From the NCBI GenBank assembly GCA_963709405.1, contig CAVPXM010000038.1, positions 1-64,000 on the forward strand: a stretch of 64,000 nucleotides of DNA, in the 5' to 3' direction. The DNA comes from an uncultured Nitrososphaerales archaeon (lineage in GTDB: Archaea > Thermoproteota > Nitrososphaeria > Nitrososphaerales > Nitrososphaeraceae). The first letter of the stretch is position 1. Every line of letters begins with the position of its first letter. A program made the translations under genes and the position numbers. Positions 34,240 through 46,826 of the stretch are shown here, piece after piece. The notes below the pieces were generated by a model. The model saw only the letters and a list, made by a program, of their open reading frames with translations, did not search any database and had not been told where the DNA came from.

Positions 34240-35800
34240 GTATGAACGGATTTATGGATGTTATGCTATTTCTAGGTTAGGAGCAAATTTGATATAGGTC
34301 AGCTGCAGATGCGTCATATGGATCGAGTTAAAGGAAACTTCGCTATAGAAGATGGCGAAGGTGCTTACTTGGTAGCGCATGCTATTGAGAAAGAGGCAGA
34401 ACCAGTCAGGCATGCAATATATAGCACGGTCAAGGGGATAGTAGAAGCGCAGCAATACCTCTTTGATAGCCTTTGGAGTAAGGGCTTACCAGCAGAATAT
34501 CGTTTCAGAGAACTGGAAGAAGGTGTTATACCAGATGTAGTAGAAATATTAAGAGATCCTTATGCAGATACAAAGACTTACATTCGAGCTAATAAAATCA
34601 GCCAGATGATGAGATCTTGATAATGTTTTCTATGTCTAGTTCATTTCTTCGACAGCAAAAGATAGGAAGTATGGACTTACTTCTAGGAGCTGCACTGCTA
34701 CGGAAGGTAAGGGTTAAGATTCTTACATCAGTAAATGAGGAGATAAAGGACTGGCATAGGAAAATTGGACATACAGGAGAGATTGAAATAAGAAATATTG
34801 AACCTTTACTAGAGACGAGAATGACGATTCTTGTTGTAGACAAAAAGTTTTCCTTAGTGACTGAGGTAAAAGATGACAGTAAAGAAACTTCATATGAAGC
34901 TATGGGATTGGCGAGCTATTCAACTAGCAAGTTAACAGTATCGGGCTATGCTTCTATATTCGAAGCACTCTGGAAAGAAAGCGAACTATATGAAGAGGTA
35001 ACAAAACTGTATGAAGAAGCAAGAATTGACAATATATCCCAAAGAGAATTTATAACCGTAGTTGCTCATGAGTTACGTAATCCTTTACAGCCGATAATTA
35101 GTCTATCTGAGGCTCTTCGTTCTAGAGAATAGCTAGCAGCTGGAGGACAATGATACAACAAAGGAAGATGAAATGCTTGATGTCATTGCCAGAAATGCAA
35201 AAAGAATTCAGCTTGCTAACTGAGGATATACTTGACATCACCCGGATAGAGACCAAGACACTTAAGATAAAGAAAGAAGGATTTAGCCTCAAGAGAAGTT
35301 ATTAAGGCAGTGGTACAAGACTATCAGAACGAAATTCGTAAGAGTGATAAGCATATAGAACTATTATCTGTTTGATGATGCCGGTTGTGATAGAACCACA
35401 TAATAATACAGTAATCTAATGATAGTGGCAGATCAAAATAGGATTTATCAGGTCCTATGTAATCTAGTAAATAATGCTATTAAGTTTACTAATGAGGGAA
35501 CTATTAGCATTACGGCAACGACGTCAAGAAAGGTGATGGTAATGATAAGGATGTTACTGTCAGTATAAAAGATTGTGGGACAGGAATCGATGCCGGAATA
35601 TTTCTCGGTTATTCACAAAGTTTGCAACAAAATCCAATAAAGGTACTGGTCTAGGCCTATTCATATGCAAGAATATTGTAGAAGCCCATGGTGGCAGAAT
35701 ATGGGCTAAAAATAATCCTGATGGCAAAGGAGCCACATTTTCATTTACGCTACCATTACCCGACGTCTCCTCGCTAGTGGATGAAGTGCAAAATACATAA
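34240..35800 (+). pseudogene. sensor histidine kinase, fragmented
   Basis: H-box AHELRNPLQPI, N-box NLVNNAIKF, G-box [18 protein letters not shown]; several frameshifts and stops. Confidence 0.85.
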
Positions 35801-36360
35801 ATGAGAACAAATAGAAAAAACTGCTAGGCAAACGATTGAGACATTTCTGACATCATGATATATCTCCATTCTGATGATCTTAAGGGTCCTTTAGCTGGAA
35901 AAGACCTATCTGACTTAATTCGGCTTATAGTAAGACGGCAACGCATATGTCAACGTTCATACGAATCAGAATTTAAACCGCGAAATCCGTGGTCAATTAG
36001 AATCATCATCTCCTCAGACGTTGCTTGATGAAGGGACAGAAGATTGAGCTCAGACAAGAGCTTTGGCCAAATCGGGCGCACCACGTAATTGCCATAGTGA
36101 GAACTATAGCTGCGTGATAAATATTGCATCATAATACAACGCTTTGGATTTTTCGACACTTGTAAAGACTTTATAGGGTTCAACTGGTTCAAGTAGACTA
36201 GTCGAGATATGTCGCTGTAGACATATCCTAAATGTTTTAAGGGGAGCATCTATTCAAACTCTGATGGGATGTAGTAAATTAGCGATACTTGATTATACTC
36301 AGCAAACGGTTATCTAACGTTTTGGGAATATTTAATTAGTGCGTTTGGAAATTTTAACTT

Positions 36361-36623
36361 ATGAGTACTTCAGATAAAGATGCCAGTGATCAGAAGGTTA
36401 AGGAACAGACCGACGAAATAAGGAACAAAGTATTCCGATATTTACTGCTGTTTTGGAAAGGATTCCAGTAATGGATCTAAAAGAAGTCGTTAGCGTATTG
36501 ATACTAGTTGAACCTGTACGGTCTGTATTGAGGATTCATGCTACGAGACTGAGTTTCATAGGGGAAAATAAGGCACTTGATCAAATGGTTGAAGAAAAGA
36601 TTAGCGAGTTGAAGACATACTGA
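36361..36623 (+). pseudogene. small hypothetical protein with one frameshift
   Basis: MSTSDKDASDQKVKEQTDEIRNKVF joins AVLERIP...MVEEKISELKTY in a shifted frame. Confidence 0.3.
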
Positions 36624-37799
36624 ACCCGGCACGCTAGCAGGTATTCTAGAAAGAATCGATAAAATGGATCTAAAAGAGACCGCAGGTGGGTTGTTAGGAA
36701 TTGATGCAAGATGTATTTTTTAAAAGATTGCCTTGAAATAACAATATCACCGACCCCTATTGCACTATTTCCATCAGGCAAGATCTGGGGAGCAGAAATG
36801 CTGGATTAATCTAAATCAATGAATCGCACAAAGATGGCAATATATGAAGAACCTCAAAAATAAAGTAAAAGACACGACGTAAGCCGTACTATAATAAGCT
36901 ATGTAAGTGATAGGTATACGATATGCAAAGCAAGTTCAAACGAAGAATCTGAAAAGGTTGCGTAGGTTCGGCTTGATCAAGTCTCCATAAGGAAGTTTGG
37001 GGGTAGTTCTCATCGGAATTGCCTGAAGTCTAACTTATCAATCATTTATGAAAACTGTCAATCGCCGTACCACCAGATTGCTTTTATGCCTATCTACCTT
37101 TCGGACAATACCTGAATCATTAATCATTTATGTGAATCTGTCATAGTTTAAATTCTGTTCTTAACAATCCCTTGACTAGGGTCATCGCATAGTGGTTCTT
37201 TATGTGAGATGCAATTGCATCACATGTGAAATTCAAGGTAAGGCACTATCCTAGATAAAAGATATTCCTATTGGGCATTTACTCGCATATGGAAACTTAA
37301 ACACAATAGAACACTAAAACATCTATTACATTACTCTATTTTTGTAAGACTAGTTCTGTATTATGAAATACTGAATCTACGGTATATGATTACTTGATTA
37401 TCTACCTAGTTTTGTATAATTGTCAAATTTTCTAATATCCAATTTTTTGCATCACCAATAAACACTCTATCCTTAGGAGACAATCCCTGCTCCCATTCCA
37501 GCACGCAAGAGTACATAACTTTAGTGAGAATTCAATGCAGAGAGTACATACACAGTAATCACAGGAGTCAAGGTATCTGCCTTTGTGCCTTTGCAATCAT
37601 CGTTATTCACCATCTCAAGATCCCACGCCAAAACAAGAATCCTACGGCCAAGGCTACTTTTCTAACCTGTTCTTATGATACCGAAATAATTTATAGTAAC
37701 TAATACTTACGGTACATTTATTCGATTTGACTTCTCGGGAGGCAATCTCACTATAGTCATAATATGGTAAATGAGTAGGCTGAGAAAAAATGGGTAGAT

Positions 37800-38591
37800 C
37801 TTCATCGTAAAGCTCACTATTTACATTAGTAAACTATTCTCTCTTTTATCATGATATTTCTAGATGATAATATTCTTTTAGTTGCTAATGCTCTCGGCTT
37901 CATTATTACCTCTTTCTTTAATGTCTGATATTTTTTTCATTATTATTCTCGAATTCTTCTTGCTGACTTCTTCAGTTTAAATCTTTCTTGATGCAGAGTA
38001 TCCATCAGAGCTCATTCTTCTCTGGTACGTGTATAACTATATTGAACCAAAGTAGCATGTAAACCAAAGTATTTCCTTCTCTAGATGTCCTTCTTAGATT
38101 CTAGAGACTTACTTCTCTTCGTAATCCTTCATACTTAGCCTGTACGCTTGGCAAATCATTGTTAGTAATTTCAAGAACCCTTTTGACGTGTTCTAGATTC
38201 ATACCTGCGCTTTCGTAAACCTGTACAGCTCAACAAACGACCAGATACCTTCTTTAACATTTTCATAGACATTGTAAAGAGTATAGAGTTGCTGTAGGTT
38301 CCAGTATTGTTTTACAATTCATGTACTTTGGACTCCTTGTAGATCTAATTTAATAGCCACTTGTATTGGAGTTTACTCTTCCGAAAAAAGTTGGTAGGCT
38401 TGAGAGGAATCGGACAGGGATTGCTCTGTTCCAAACTTTTTCAGAATAGGTCCAATATCACGCAGAGATATCCGTGCTTCCTTGGCTATTTCAGCGTAAG
38501 TCTTTCCCTCATTATAATAAAGGTCTAAGACGAGATTTTCTTTTTCGTGTCTTGTCAAGCCGACAATATTATTCATATCTAATTTAGGCAA
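37800..38591 (-). pseudogene. HTH + coiled-coil protein of a family I recall as multicopy in Nitrososphaeraceae, degraded
   Basis: LTRHEKENLVLDLYYNEGKTYAEIAKEARISLRDIG...QAYQLFSE, continuing in broken frames. Confidence 0.55.
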
Positions 38592-38729
38592 AATTGAGCC
38601 TTAAAGGGTGTTAAGCGCTATTACCATCCTATTATCATTATTGCCACCTAATTACCTCTATTTTCTCTATTACCTAGCTTATTTTAGAATGAATTCAAAT
38701 AAATAATATCATAAGGAATATCTACAATA

Positions 38730-40041
38730 TTTTCCTAGCATATATGGATCTCTTCATACTGGCTTAACCCATTCTGTACTTCCTTGATGTCCATGCCAAG
38801 CTCTAGAAAAGAGCTAATGTTCCTTTCAATAGTATTCAGTATGCGGTCAAGTACGCGGCGACTCTCCTCAGTTTCAGATTCCCGAAAATTGAGCAGGTCA
38901 TTTAGCCTTTCATAATCTACGTCGCTAAGAAAGGGGCCGTCAAACTTAACTCCATTTATATAGAATGATTGGCCTCCGAATCGTTCCCAACCAGACCCGT
39001 CATCTTTAGCCTCATACTCAGTAACTGCGACGAGTAGCCCATGTTGGTCAATAATATTTTTGGTACTAGTATCAAGTATTAGGCCGAATTGTGCTACTGC
39101 TGACTGCTTTCTAGGCCGTGAGAATGGGAGCCGTTATCAGAGTCCAAGATTCCAGATTACAAACTGATAAATGCGAGGGTGCATATTAGACTGCTGTGGA
39201 GGTGGCGAAGGTCTTCGTTATATTAACATCTAGACTCAGGTCGAGCATAGACGTCCGTGGAAGGATCTTATAGTGCTGAATAATAGACTCGGCCTCATTA
39301 AAGGTCAACAACTTGTGAAACTCGTCAGTGATGGCTTCTAAGACCAGATTTATTGTGAAGTTAAGAATTTTACTATAAAGTCGATACTTCTCTAATGTCT
39401 GAAAGTGCCGATACGCGCTTGGGGCCAATGGAAGATAACATATATTTTCTTAGCTCCTCGATAGAGGACGTTGAACTGTGGAATGCCATCCAGAGAGTTA
39501 CCATCGGGGGAGTCGGGAATTGCAGTCGGTAACCTGTTAAAAGAACCGACTGGCGTGACATCAATGCTTGTATTTTCGAAGCGTACTTTCGTACGAGCTA
39601 GAATAGCCTGTTCTTCGGACAGGTTGATACTAGTCTGCAGTTCACGAGCACGTCTCTCGTAAATAGATGAGAACCTTCCAGTACGCTGGTCCCATTTACC
39701 TCGATCATGCCACCCGAGATTTTTTGTTTTTGGAGGCCACAGCCAAGTATCTAGCGTCCCTGCATCATATCGTTCTTGGAGTCTATGAAGTGACATCTGC
39801 CCGGATCGTCAGATCTGGGGTTATCGTGCTGTCTGCGCAATAATCGATTTCTTAAGTCCACCCCAATTAATCGGAGTTAGCATTCCTCTATGAATAATGA
39901 AACCAGTACGTCACTGAGGGCGGCTGATGTAATTCTGCGCAAAAGTTAGATAGTAAGCTCTGAGACAGACGTAGGTCGGCTGTCCAGTGAGCTGACCAAA
40001 TCAGTAGGCACTCTGTCGATAAGTCGAAAGGCTTGCTCCAT
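38730..40041 (-). pseudogene. FRG-domain protein, frameshifted
   Basis: VLYRG...APSAYR...IIQHYKILPRTSMLDLSLDVNITKTFA...SRPRKQ across ORFs 39392..39796 and 39186..39428; ends approximate. Confidence 0.7.
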
Positions 40042-40483
40042 TAATATTATGATATACAGATCATTAATTAACTATTTTCACTTATTTGCAATCCCTTTTT
40101 ACGTAATTGCTCGAGCCAGTTGCAAATGGAAAATGGAAAGTAGTAGAATTGGTAACTTTCATGCACCCTGACGTACACAAGAATAAAGTATCGTCTGAAT
40201 GTCTGGATATCAAACCTTAGTTAGTCTATACATCTGGTGTCTCATTTTAGACAATCTTAATCTAATATGCCGCACATCGTATTAGAAGACACTTTTTCCG
40301 GTATAATTAAACTGGACCCGTAGAACATCCCAAAATAGTCTAGTTTGGTGGAATACAGATTCCTACTGCATATAAAGCAACTTAATTTGAAAATGATCGA
40401 ATATGAGTTTTTTGGTTTTATTGGGCAAGCTAAAAGCAGACACATGCAGATAACAATTATTAATTTAATTAGATGTAACACGC

Positions 40484-41569
40484 GTGAGAATGGGGATTAG
40501 GGAGTATGAAATATGGTATGATAACAATTGGCGCATTTATGATGATTTGAGAAAGTTTGTAGAGAAATCGTTTTCAACGATTTTCGATGAAGAGGGCTTA
40601 GTAAGAGGTACTGATTATATCTTATTAACCTCTAGACTAAAAGGTCGTCGTAATTTTCTTCAAAAGATCTATAAAGAGGATGAGAAAGGTAATCGAAAAT
40701 ATTTGAAACCAACCCAAATAACTGATCTAGCTGGAATAAGAATCGTAGCTTTTCTTATCTCTGATACCAAAATGCTCTGCAATGTAATCGAGCGATACTT
40801 CGATCCCGATTACGAGAGAACAATAAAATCATCAGATAGGTTGGGAAAAAACCTCATTGGATATAGGTCCTCAAATTATGTTGTCAAACTCGGTGGGGAA
40901 TATTTTGGGAAATGGTATGAATATCAAGCATTCAAAGAGATGTATTTTGAGATTCAGGTGGCCACACTGCTTGATTTCACATGGATGGAAATTGAGCATG
41001 ACAGAGTATATAAAACTGCTGCACAATTTCCACCAGGTATTAGTATCCAACGATGATTTAATTTACTGTCTGGCCTATTGGAACTCGCTGATCAAGAATT
41101 TGATGTAATATCAAGAGATGTGAAAAGATATGATATGACATTAACCGAGAAAATTCAGAAGGGAATGATAGATGACTTAGAAATTAGTCCACGGTCACTG
41201 AGAGCATATCTGAAGGATTTTCATGATATTCCCGGTATTACACCCTATTTTGCAGTAAGCAAAGCTGTTTTGCAGGAGTTGAACGTGATGGGAATACAGA
41301 AAATAAGTCAATTAGATGAGATCAAACCAAGAGATTTTAAAGAAAGATACGCAAAGGTTTCGAATAATAAAGATTATGTAACCTATACCGCTATCTTGAG
41401 AGATATGATGATAATTCATGATACGAAAAAGTATTCCTCGAGTGCATTTGATCCTAATTCTTATAACACTTTCGAGTATCATCGTTGGAAAGTCTATAAG
41501 GAATTTGGAGTGAATTTTGATGATTTACCAGCTGGTGTAGAGTTTAAAGAGGGTGGAGATGACGATTAA
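40484..41569 (+). CDS. RelA/SpoT-synthetase-domain protein with an in-frame TGA at 41054-41056
   Basis: SRLK, TDLAGIRIV, GYRS, FEIQV.T, W.EIEHD..YK; ORF 41078..41569 is in the same frame. Confidence 0.85.
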
Positions 41570-42270
41570 GTCATATAGAATTATTTGATGAAATCAATAG
41601 TCGACATAACTTCCAGATTATACCCCTCCACTTACATGAAGAACTAATATAGTTATTCATACTACTACGGTATGATCCAATAAATTATCATAATTCATAG
41701 AACAAAATGAATAATATTATCTTGTCCAGATTAGTTTGAATTTCAAAAACTGACTATGATTATTGACTTGGGGTTAGCATATTATACAAATATGTGTTTT
41801 CTATCTTTAGTTTTTCCAAACTTATAGGTAAATAGCCAGTATTCTTTGCAGACTTAATATTATAATTGATTACATAATTGGGATTAAAGTCTAGTTCCAT
41901 TATAGAACGGCATCTTCTAGCCAATCCCTAATCATATTGGTAGCCTCATCAGTAGAACATTTTTTAACGTTAATAAGGTAAGGGGCCAGAATACGCCATA
42001 CTGCAAATTTTCTGTAATCGCCTATTGGAGTTTGCAGTAGTTTTCAATCCACCAAATTTTAGTTGAATTTGCGGTCTTGACGTGCACACTCCCGCCAACA
42101 GCTAGTCTCCGCAATGTTTTCATTAATTAGCCATCTTCTAAATTCGCGCAAGAGACATTTTATTGCAGTCTCGACACTGCAGTCTCGACTACCTGACTAC
42201 ACTTTGAATTCGTGGTGCCGGGAACTCTGACAAGACATGAATTGACCGCGGAAATTTTTTTATTTCTTTA

Positions 42271-42564
42271 TTATCCCTGTATCCTTGAAATCGCCTTCTT
42301 CAAATCATCCAAATTCATTGCAGGATGTATTTCTACGTTGGCATCGAATCCCTGAAATAAAGGTTCTGCAATGTTCGGGATCATATCTGGACTTGGCAAA
42401 TCCAAAACAAAGACCATAGTTCTGTTTCCATTCACTTCAGTAAAGTATGCGGCCTCACAGTTGAACTTCTTGGTATAGTCTTCGATAGTCTTCAAGAAAT
42501 TAGGATCTTTAACCATCTTGTTGCCGGCAGTTGTTGGAATCAATGCTCTAATTAATACTCTCAT
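42271..42564 (-). CDS. conserved small alpha/beta protein (DUF3303-like)
   Basis: EAAYF...GNRT...IAEPLF...A.VEIHPAMNLDDL. Confidence 0.65.
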   Translation of the reverse strand: MRVLIRALIPTTAGNKMVKDPNFLKTIEDYTKKFNCEAAYFTEVNGNRTMVFVLDLPSPDMIPNIAEPLFQGFDANVEIHPAMNLDDLKKAISRIQG

Positions 42565-42925
42565 GTCAATTCGTCAAAGTAAGCCGGTCGCGCCTTGATA
42601 ATTAATCTTTCTATCTGAACTCTTGGCGCAACTCACTACAGCATTTGAAACAATATATGAAATTTGTATAGGATGATTTGGCTTGATCTTTGACTAATAG
42701 GGTTTAGATAAGATTTTGAAAATCGTTGATTGTATAATAAATTCTATCCCGGCCTGTAAATTCTTAAAAATGAAGCACCATCTTCATTCTGCATTGGAGA
42801 GAAGCATAATCGAGGGAGAGAACGATAGAGTACATCAAAGATAGAACGGAAAGTTTCGATGATTATTTTCCTTGTAGAAAAAATAAATGTAAATTGCTCC
42901 TACGACAATAATGAAAGACTCCTCT

Positions 42926-43546
42926 TCAAAGTACATATTTTGGTCCACCAAAAATTTTTGATATGGTCAATATTTTAGCCCATTCTTCAAGTGCTTCTAC
43001 AATAGCACGTGCCTGATGAATATTGTTTCCAACAGCTACAACTCCGTGATTCTTAATTATAACTGCCTTTAATTTTTCACCATCCTGTCCAAATGCTTCA
43101 GAAACTACATTTGCTAATTCTGTTGATCCTGATGGCTTATTTGCGATTATAACAGGATTTCCTACTACTATCTTGGCTTCTTCTATTATATGTCGAAATT
43201 GATATTTTCCAGATATGGCAATACCAAGTGTATATGGACTATGCGTGTGTACGATTGCATTTACTTTTCTTGACTTTTTGTAGATAGATAAATGCATATA
43301 CCATTCTATACTCGGTTTCAATCTACCGAGTGTCTTTCCAGTTTCTAAATGTACTTTGATCAAATCCTCCTCTCGCATATTGTAACGCGGGACCCCAGAT
43401 GGAGTTATCCACATCCATTTTGTGTTTTCGATTCTAATACTATGGTTGCCTGATATAGGCGATGTAAAACCCATCTCATACAAACTTTTAACACAATTTA
43501 CAAGGGTCCTTTTATTATTGACATCAGTTTTATTGATAGAAATCAA
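42926..43546 (-). CDS. class II aldolase/adducin family protein
   Basis: SGNHS, ITPSG, PSIEWYMH, IVHTHSPY, KNHGVV. Confidence 0.92.
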   Translation of the reverse strand: MISINKTDVNNKRTLVNCVKSLYEMGFTSPISGNHSIRIENTKWMWITPSGVPRYNMREEDLIKVHLETGKTLGRLKPSIEWYMHLSIYKKSRKVNAIVHTHSPYTLGIAISGKYQFRHIIEEAKIVVGNPVIIANKPSGSTELANVVSEAFGQDGEKLKAVIIKNHGVVAVGNNIHQARAIVEALEEWAKILTISKIFGGPKYVL

Positions 43547-43730
43547 TATGACGAACGAACATAATGGACAAAGATCCTATTAATGATATTGCAGTGTTAG
43601 AACATTACAATAGCAGGATTTCCAACAAGATTATTTGGTCCTTGATAACTCATTAATTTGATATAATGGGTGCACCTGTCATATCTCCACTTCGCTCCCC
43701 TATTCTTACCTCAATTCTCAAAAAGGAATA

Positions 43731-43975
43731 TTGTATAATAAAACCCTGATGAACCTATTCCGAGACGAGGGCATACTCACTAAAGAAATTGAATCATGCA
43801 AAGGCTTTACAGATCGTCTATCTTCGGAAGATATAAAAGCCTTCCTGAACATGCTCAATGGTTGCTACAAATATTCCAAGGCAATTAATGCGAAAGGATG
43901 GCCATTTCCAACTGAACCTGTAATCATGACCATAGTATTTCGCAGTACAAACTAATCGAGTGGTTAGAAACGCGG
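43731..43975 (+). pseudogene. hypothetical protein, probably mobile-element associated
   Basis: ORF 43731..43955 with a probable 3' frameshift. Confidence 0.35.
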
Positions 43976-44082
43976 ATTTACAAGACTAAACATTTCTAGG
44001 TAAAACGATACTTCAGTCTACGCAGCTCACTGCCAAAGTACCTATATGGAGTACCGATACTAATAAAATTATAGATTATTGG

Positions 44083-44237
44083 TGTATCCGTAGATGGTAC
44101 TAACAGACATGATATGAAAATGAGTAAAGCAATGCTTCAGAGTATAGTAGTCTATAGACCTGAACCAACAATCAGATCAAAGCAGCAGATGTGCCTTGAC
44201 AAAGGCTATGACTTTCCAGAGCTATACGAATTACTAA
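44083..44237 (+). mobile_element. IS5-family transposase internal fragment
   Basis: VSVDGTNRHDMKM...QSIVVYRPEP...MCLDKGYDFPE. Confidence 0.7.
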
Positions 44238-44249
44238 CTCTTAATTAGT

Positions 44250-45282
44250 TGTTGTACTTGCACGGATAGGTTACATTTTTAATTACCTACATGGGTTACA
44301 CTTTTCTGTTTAGTTCTCGTATGTGTACTGGATGTAATTAACCTTTGTAGGAACATCTCCGATGGAGTAAGACCATTTATGCCTCCATGTTCTCTGGTTT
44401 CGTTATATGCTTTAACAAACATGTCGTATCTTTGTTTACCATCATCTATGTTTGGTATATCTTCTAATGCTATGAATTCATTCTTTACAATCTTGTTATA
44501 TGCTTCTACTTTGCCCTGTAACTGCGGATATGATTTTGGTATTTGCTTATCTTTTATCTGATTATGTATAAGGAAATGTCTGAATATTCTGGATGTAAAC
44601 TGTTTACCGTTATCATGCATCATCATCTTAGGCTTACCATTAATCATTATCCAGTCCTCTAATACATTAAGAACATCCACTGACCTCTTTCTTTCGGACC
44701 ACTTGCTAGCCACCTTCCTAGAACAATCATCTAAGCAACTAATGATGTAATTCCTTTGACTGGAATTACTCAGATAGAAAGGGCCAAGGATATCCATCTG
44801 TACCATATCATTTGGATGCTTCATGACAAACCGTTTGTAAGTTCTTGCTTTGGCCTTACACATGAGGATATTAAGACAATGTCTCTTTAGTATCTTGTAT
44901 ATAGTTCGGGTGCTTAATGAGATTCCAATGATTCTTTTTAGTCGAAACTTGATCCTATTACATCCAAATCTCTTAGTTAATCGTAGATCAAGTATAGTCT
45001 CTTCTACTTCTGGTGTTACCTTCCTGTAGTTGATTTTATGAGGCCTTCTGGAGTTATCTGATAGGCCTTCTATCCCTTTCTGCTTGTATCTATTATTCCA
45101 CTTGTAGTAAGTCTTTCTGGATACACCATATCTCTTACAAATATTACATATGGTATCACCAGTCCATTCTTTTTCGTGTATTAGATTAAACCTTATTCTG
45201 ATTTCTATATGGATTCACTTCCCGACAGAAGTGTAACCCATGTCTGTAAGCTATAATGTCACCTATGTCAGTAAGTACAACA
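44250..45282 (-). mobile_element. IS481-family element, copy 1
   Basis: IRs TGTTGTACTT...AAGTACAACA; ATTAGT at 44244-44249 and 45283-45288. Confidence 0.92.
44279..45208 (-). CDS. IS481 transposase (HTH + rve/DDE), probable ATA start
   Basis: The frame is open from ATA 45208; YGVSRKTYYKW, QMDI, LDDCSR, HDNGKQF, QGKVEAYN. Confidence 0.88.
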   Translation of the reverse strand: MEIRIRFNLIHEKEWTGDTICNICKRYGVSRKTYYKWNNRYKQKGIEGLSDNSRRPHKINYRKVTPEVEETILDLRLTKRFGCNRIKFRLKRIIGISLSTRTIYKILKRHCLNILMCKAKARTYKRFVMKHPNDMVQMDILGPFYLSNSSQRNYIISCLDDCSRKVASKWSERKRSVDVLNVLEDWIMINGKPKMMMHDNGKQFTSRIFRHFLIHNQIKDKQIPKSYPQLQGKVEAYNKIVKNEFIALEDIPNIDDGKQRYDMFVKAYNETREHGGINGLTPSEMFLQRLITSSTHTRTKQKSVTHVGN

Positions 45283-45419
45283 ATTAGTCTAGCTAGAATG
45301 CACAACAAAAATGAACTGGAATTGACTGTTAATTTCATAGCTTCGATGAGGATATCTTTGTTGAAATTGATCAGATTAATACAACTAGAAACACCTGATG
45401 AGAATCATCTGTATTAAAT

Positions 45420-46335
45420 TAATTATTCATTTATCTTCAATAGTCTTGAACTTGCTATCTGAAACTTGTCAGAGTCTATTTCTATGCCTATGAATCTTCT
45501 TTTAAGTTTGAGTGCTGGCAGCACCTGTCGTACCAGAACCCATCATAGGAAATTCTAAAATGGGTTCGGCGTTTATTAATTCTTGTCTCTTTTGTTCCTT
45601 TTGTAATTGTCTGTAGACCTTATCTATCTTCACTTTTCCTTTCCTTAATTGATCTTTTATATCCTCAGGTGCATTTTTGATAATCTCTCTGCCTTTAAAG
45701 TATGTCATTGGAGAAACTTGCGCTCTCCTAGCAGAGATATCAATTACTCTGCCTCTTGAATGCAGATTCTTGTCTGTATTATCCCGTTGCTCAATCGACG
45801 TTGATGTTAAAGTCGTGTCTATTCTTTCTAATTGGTTTAATGGGGTAGTATAATTTTGTACCACCCTATTATCATTATTATGAGGAGTGCTCTCGTTATC
45901 CGTTTTCATCGCCCATCTTTTTTCAGCCCCTACCTTCCCAGCACAGAACATTCGAGTTGCTGCTTTTCCAATTTCATTTTCTATAGTCTCCAACTTGTAC
46001 TGTAATTCTATCCTCTGAAACAGAGTCAGGTGTCTGCGATTCATGTTTACTTCTATTCTAAATTTTTGTTCCAGTAATCGATAGTCAAAAAATTTTACAA
46101 ATAACTTTGGATCCTTTCCTAGTTCTTGACACGCCTTGTATCTCTGATAACCATCAAGAATCGTGCCATGTTGATTTAATATTATAGCGTAGTATAACTC
46201 ATTTTCCTTAATTGATTGTTTAAGAGATTCAAAATCTTCTGCTGAGATACATGGAACTAGGTTGTCATATTCATTATTAATGATGACAGTGCCTTCAAAT
46301 CTTTCATCCTGTGGTGTTATTATCGACGTTGTCAT
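45420..46335 (-). pseudogene. ParB-like N-terminal domain fused to the C-terminal tail of an N4/N6 DNA methyltransferase (internally deleted)
   Basis: FESLKQSIKEN...ILDGYQRYKAC (ParB-like); PMMGSGTTG then RFIGIEID in a shifted frame. Confidence 0.7.
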
Positions 46336-46826
46336 TACATTTTTTTGAAAAATAGGAATAAAATAAAAAAGAAAACAAATATAATCACGCGGCCTAGGTT
46401 ACCATTATATCAAATCAGCAATTACTATATCTACCAGTCACAATGGCGTCATTTTACCTGACTGTATGAATAATATTTGTGATTGTTCTATCCGGTACTT
46501 GAGCGGATTAGAAATTCTTAATATTTCTCTATAATTCTATGGTATACCTCTTGCCACCAAGTAGATGTTATAACAAATAGGATGACTACCATAATTCATA
46601 AGTTCCAATCATTTCAACTAGTATTCGAATTTCATCTATTTGATCGTTATATGAGGTGTCAATATATTAGGAGTAAAAAAGTATAATTAAAAAATAGTAT
46701 AAATCCTAATTTGCTACGCGATAAGAGCCTGATTTCCTGATAGTCGTTCTTGTCTTGGTGTAACATTAATGTAAGAGTAGTCCAGTTTCTATTTTCTCTC
46801 ATCGTGAGTTTAATTTTTCAATGTCA

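Noticed and set aside
41054-41056. Selenocysteine recoding of the in-frame TGA, given a SelD-like gene in the window
   Set aside because: The context (QR*FNLL) suggests an Arg position rather than Cys; a CGA>TGA change is simpler and I saw no SECIS-like element.
42164-42189. TGCAGTCTCGAC duplicated at 14-bp spacing
   Set aside because: A single short duplication, most likely replication slippage.
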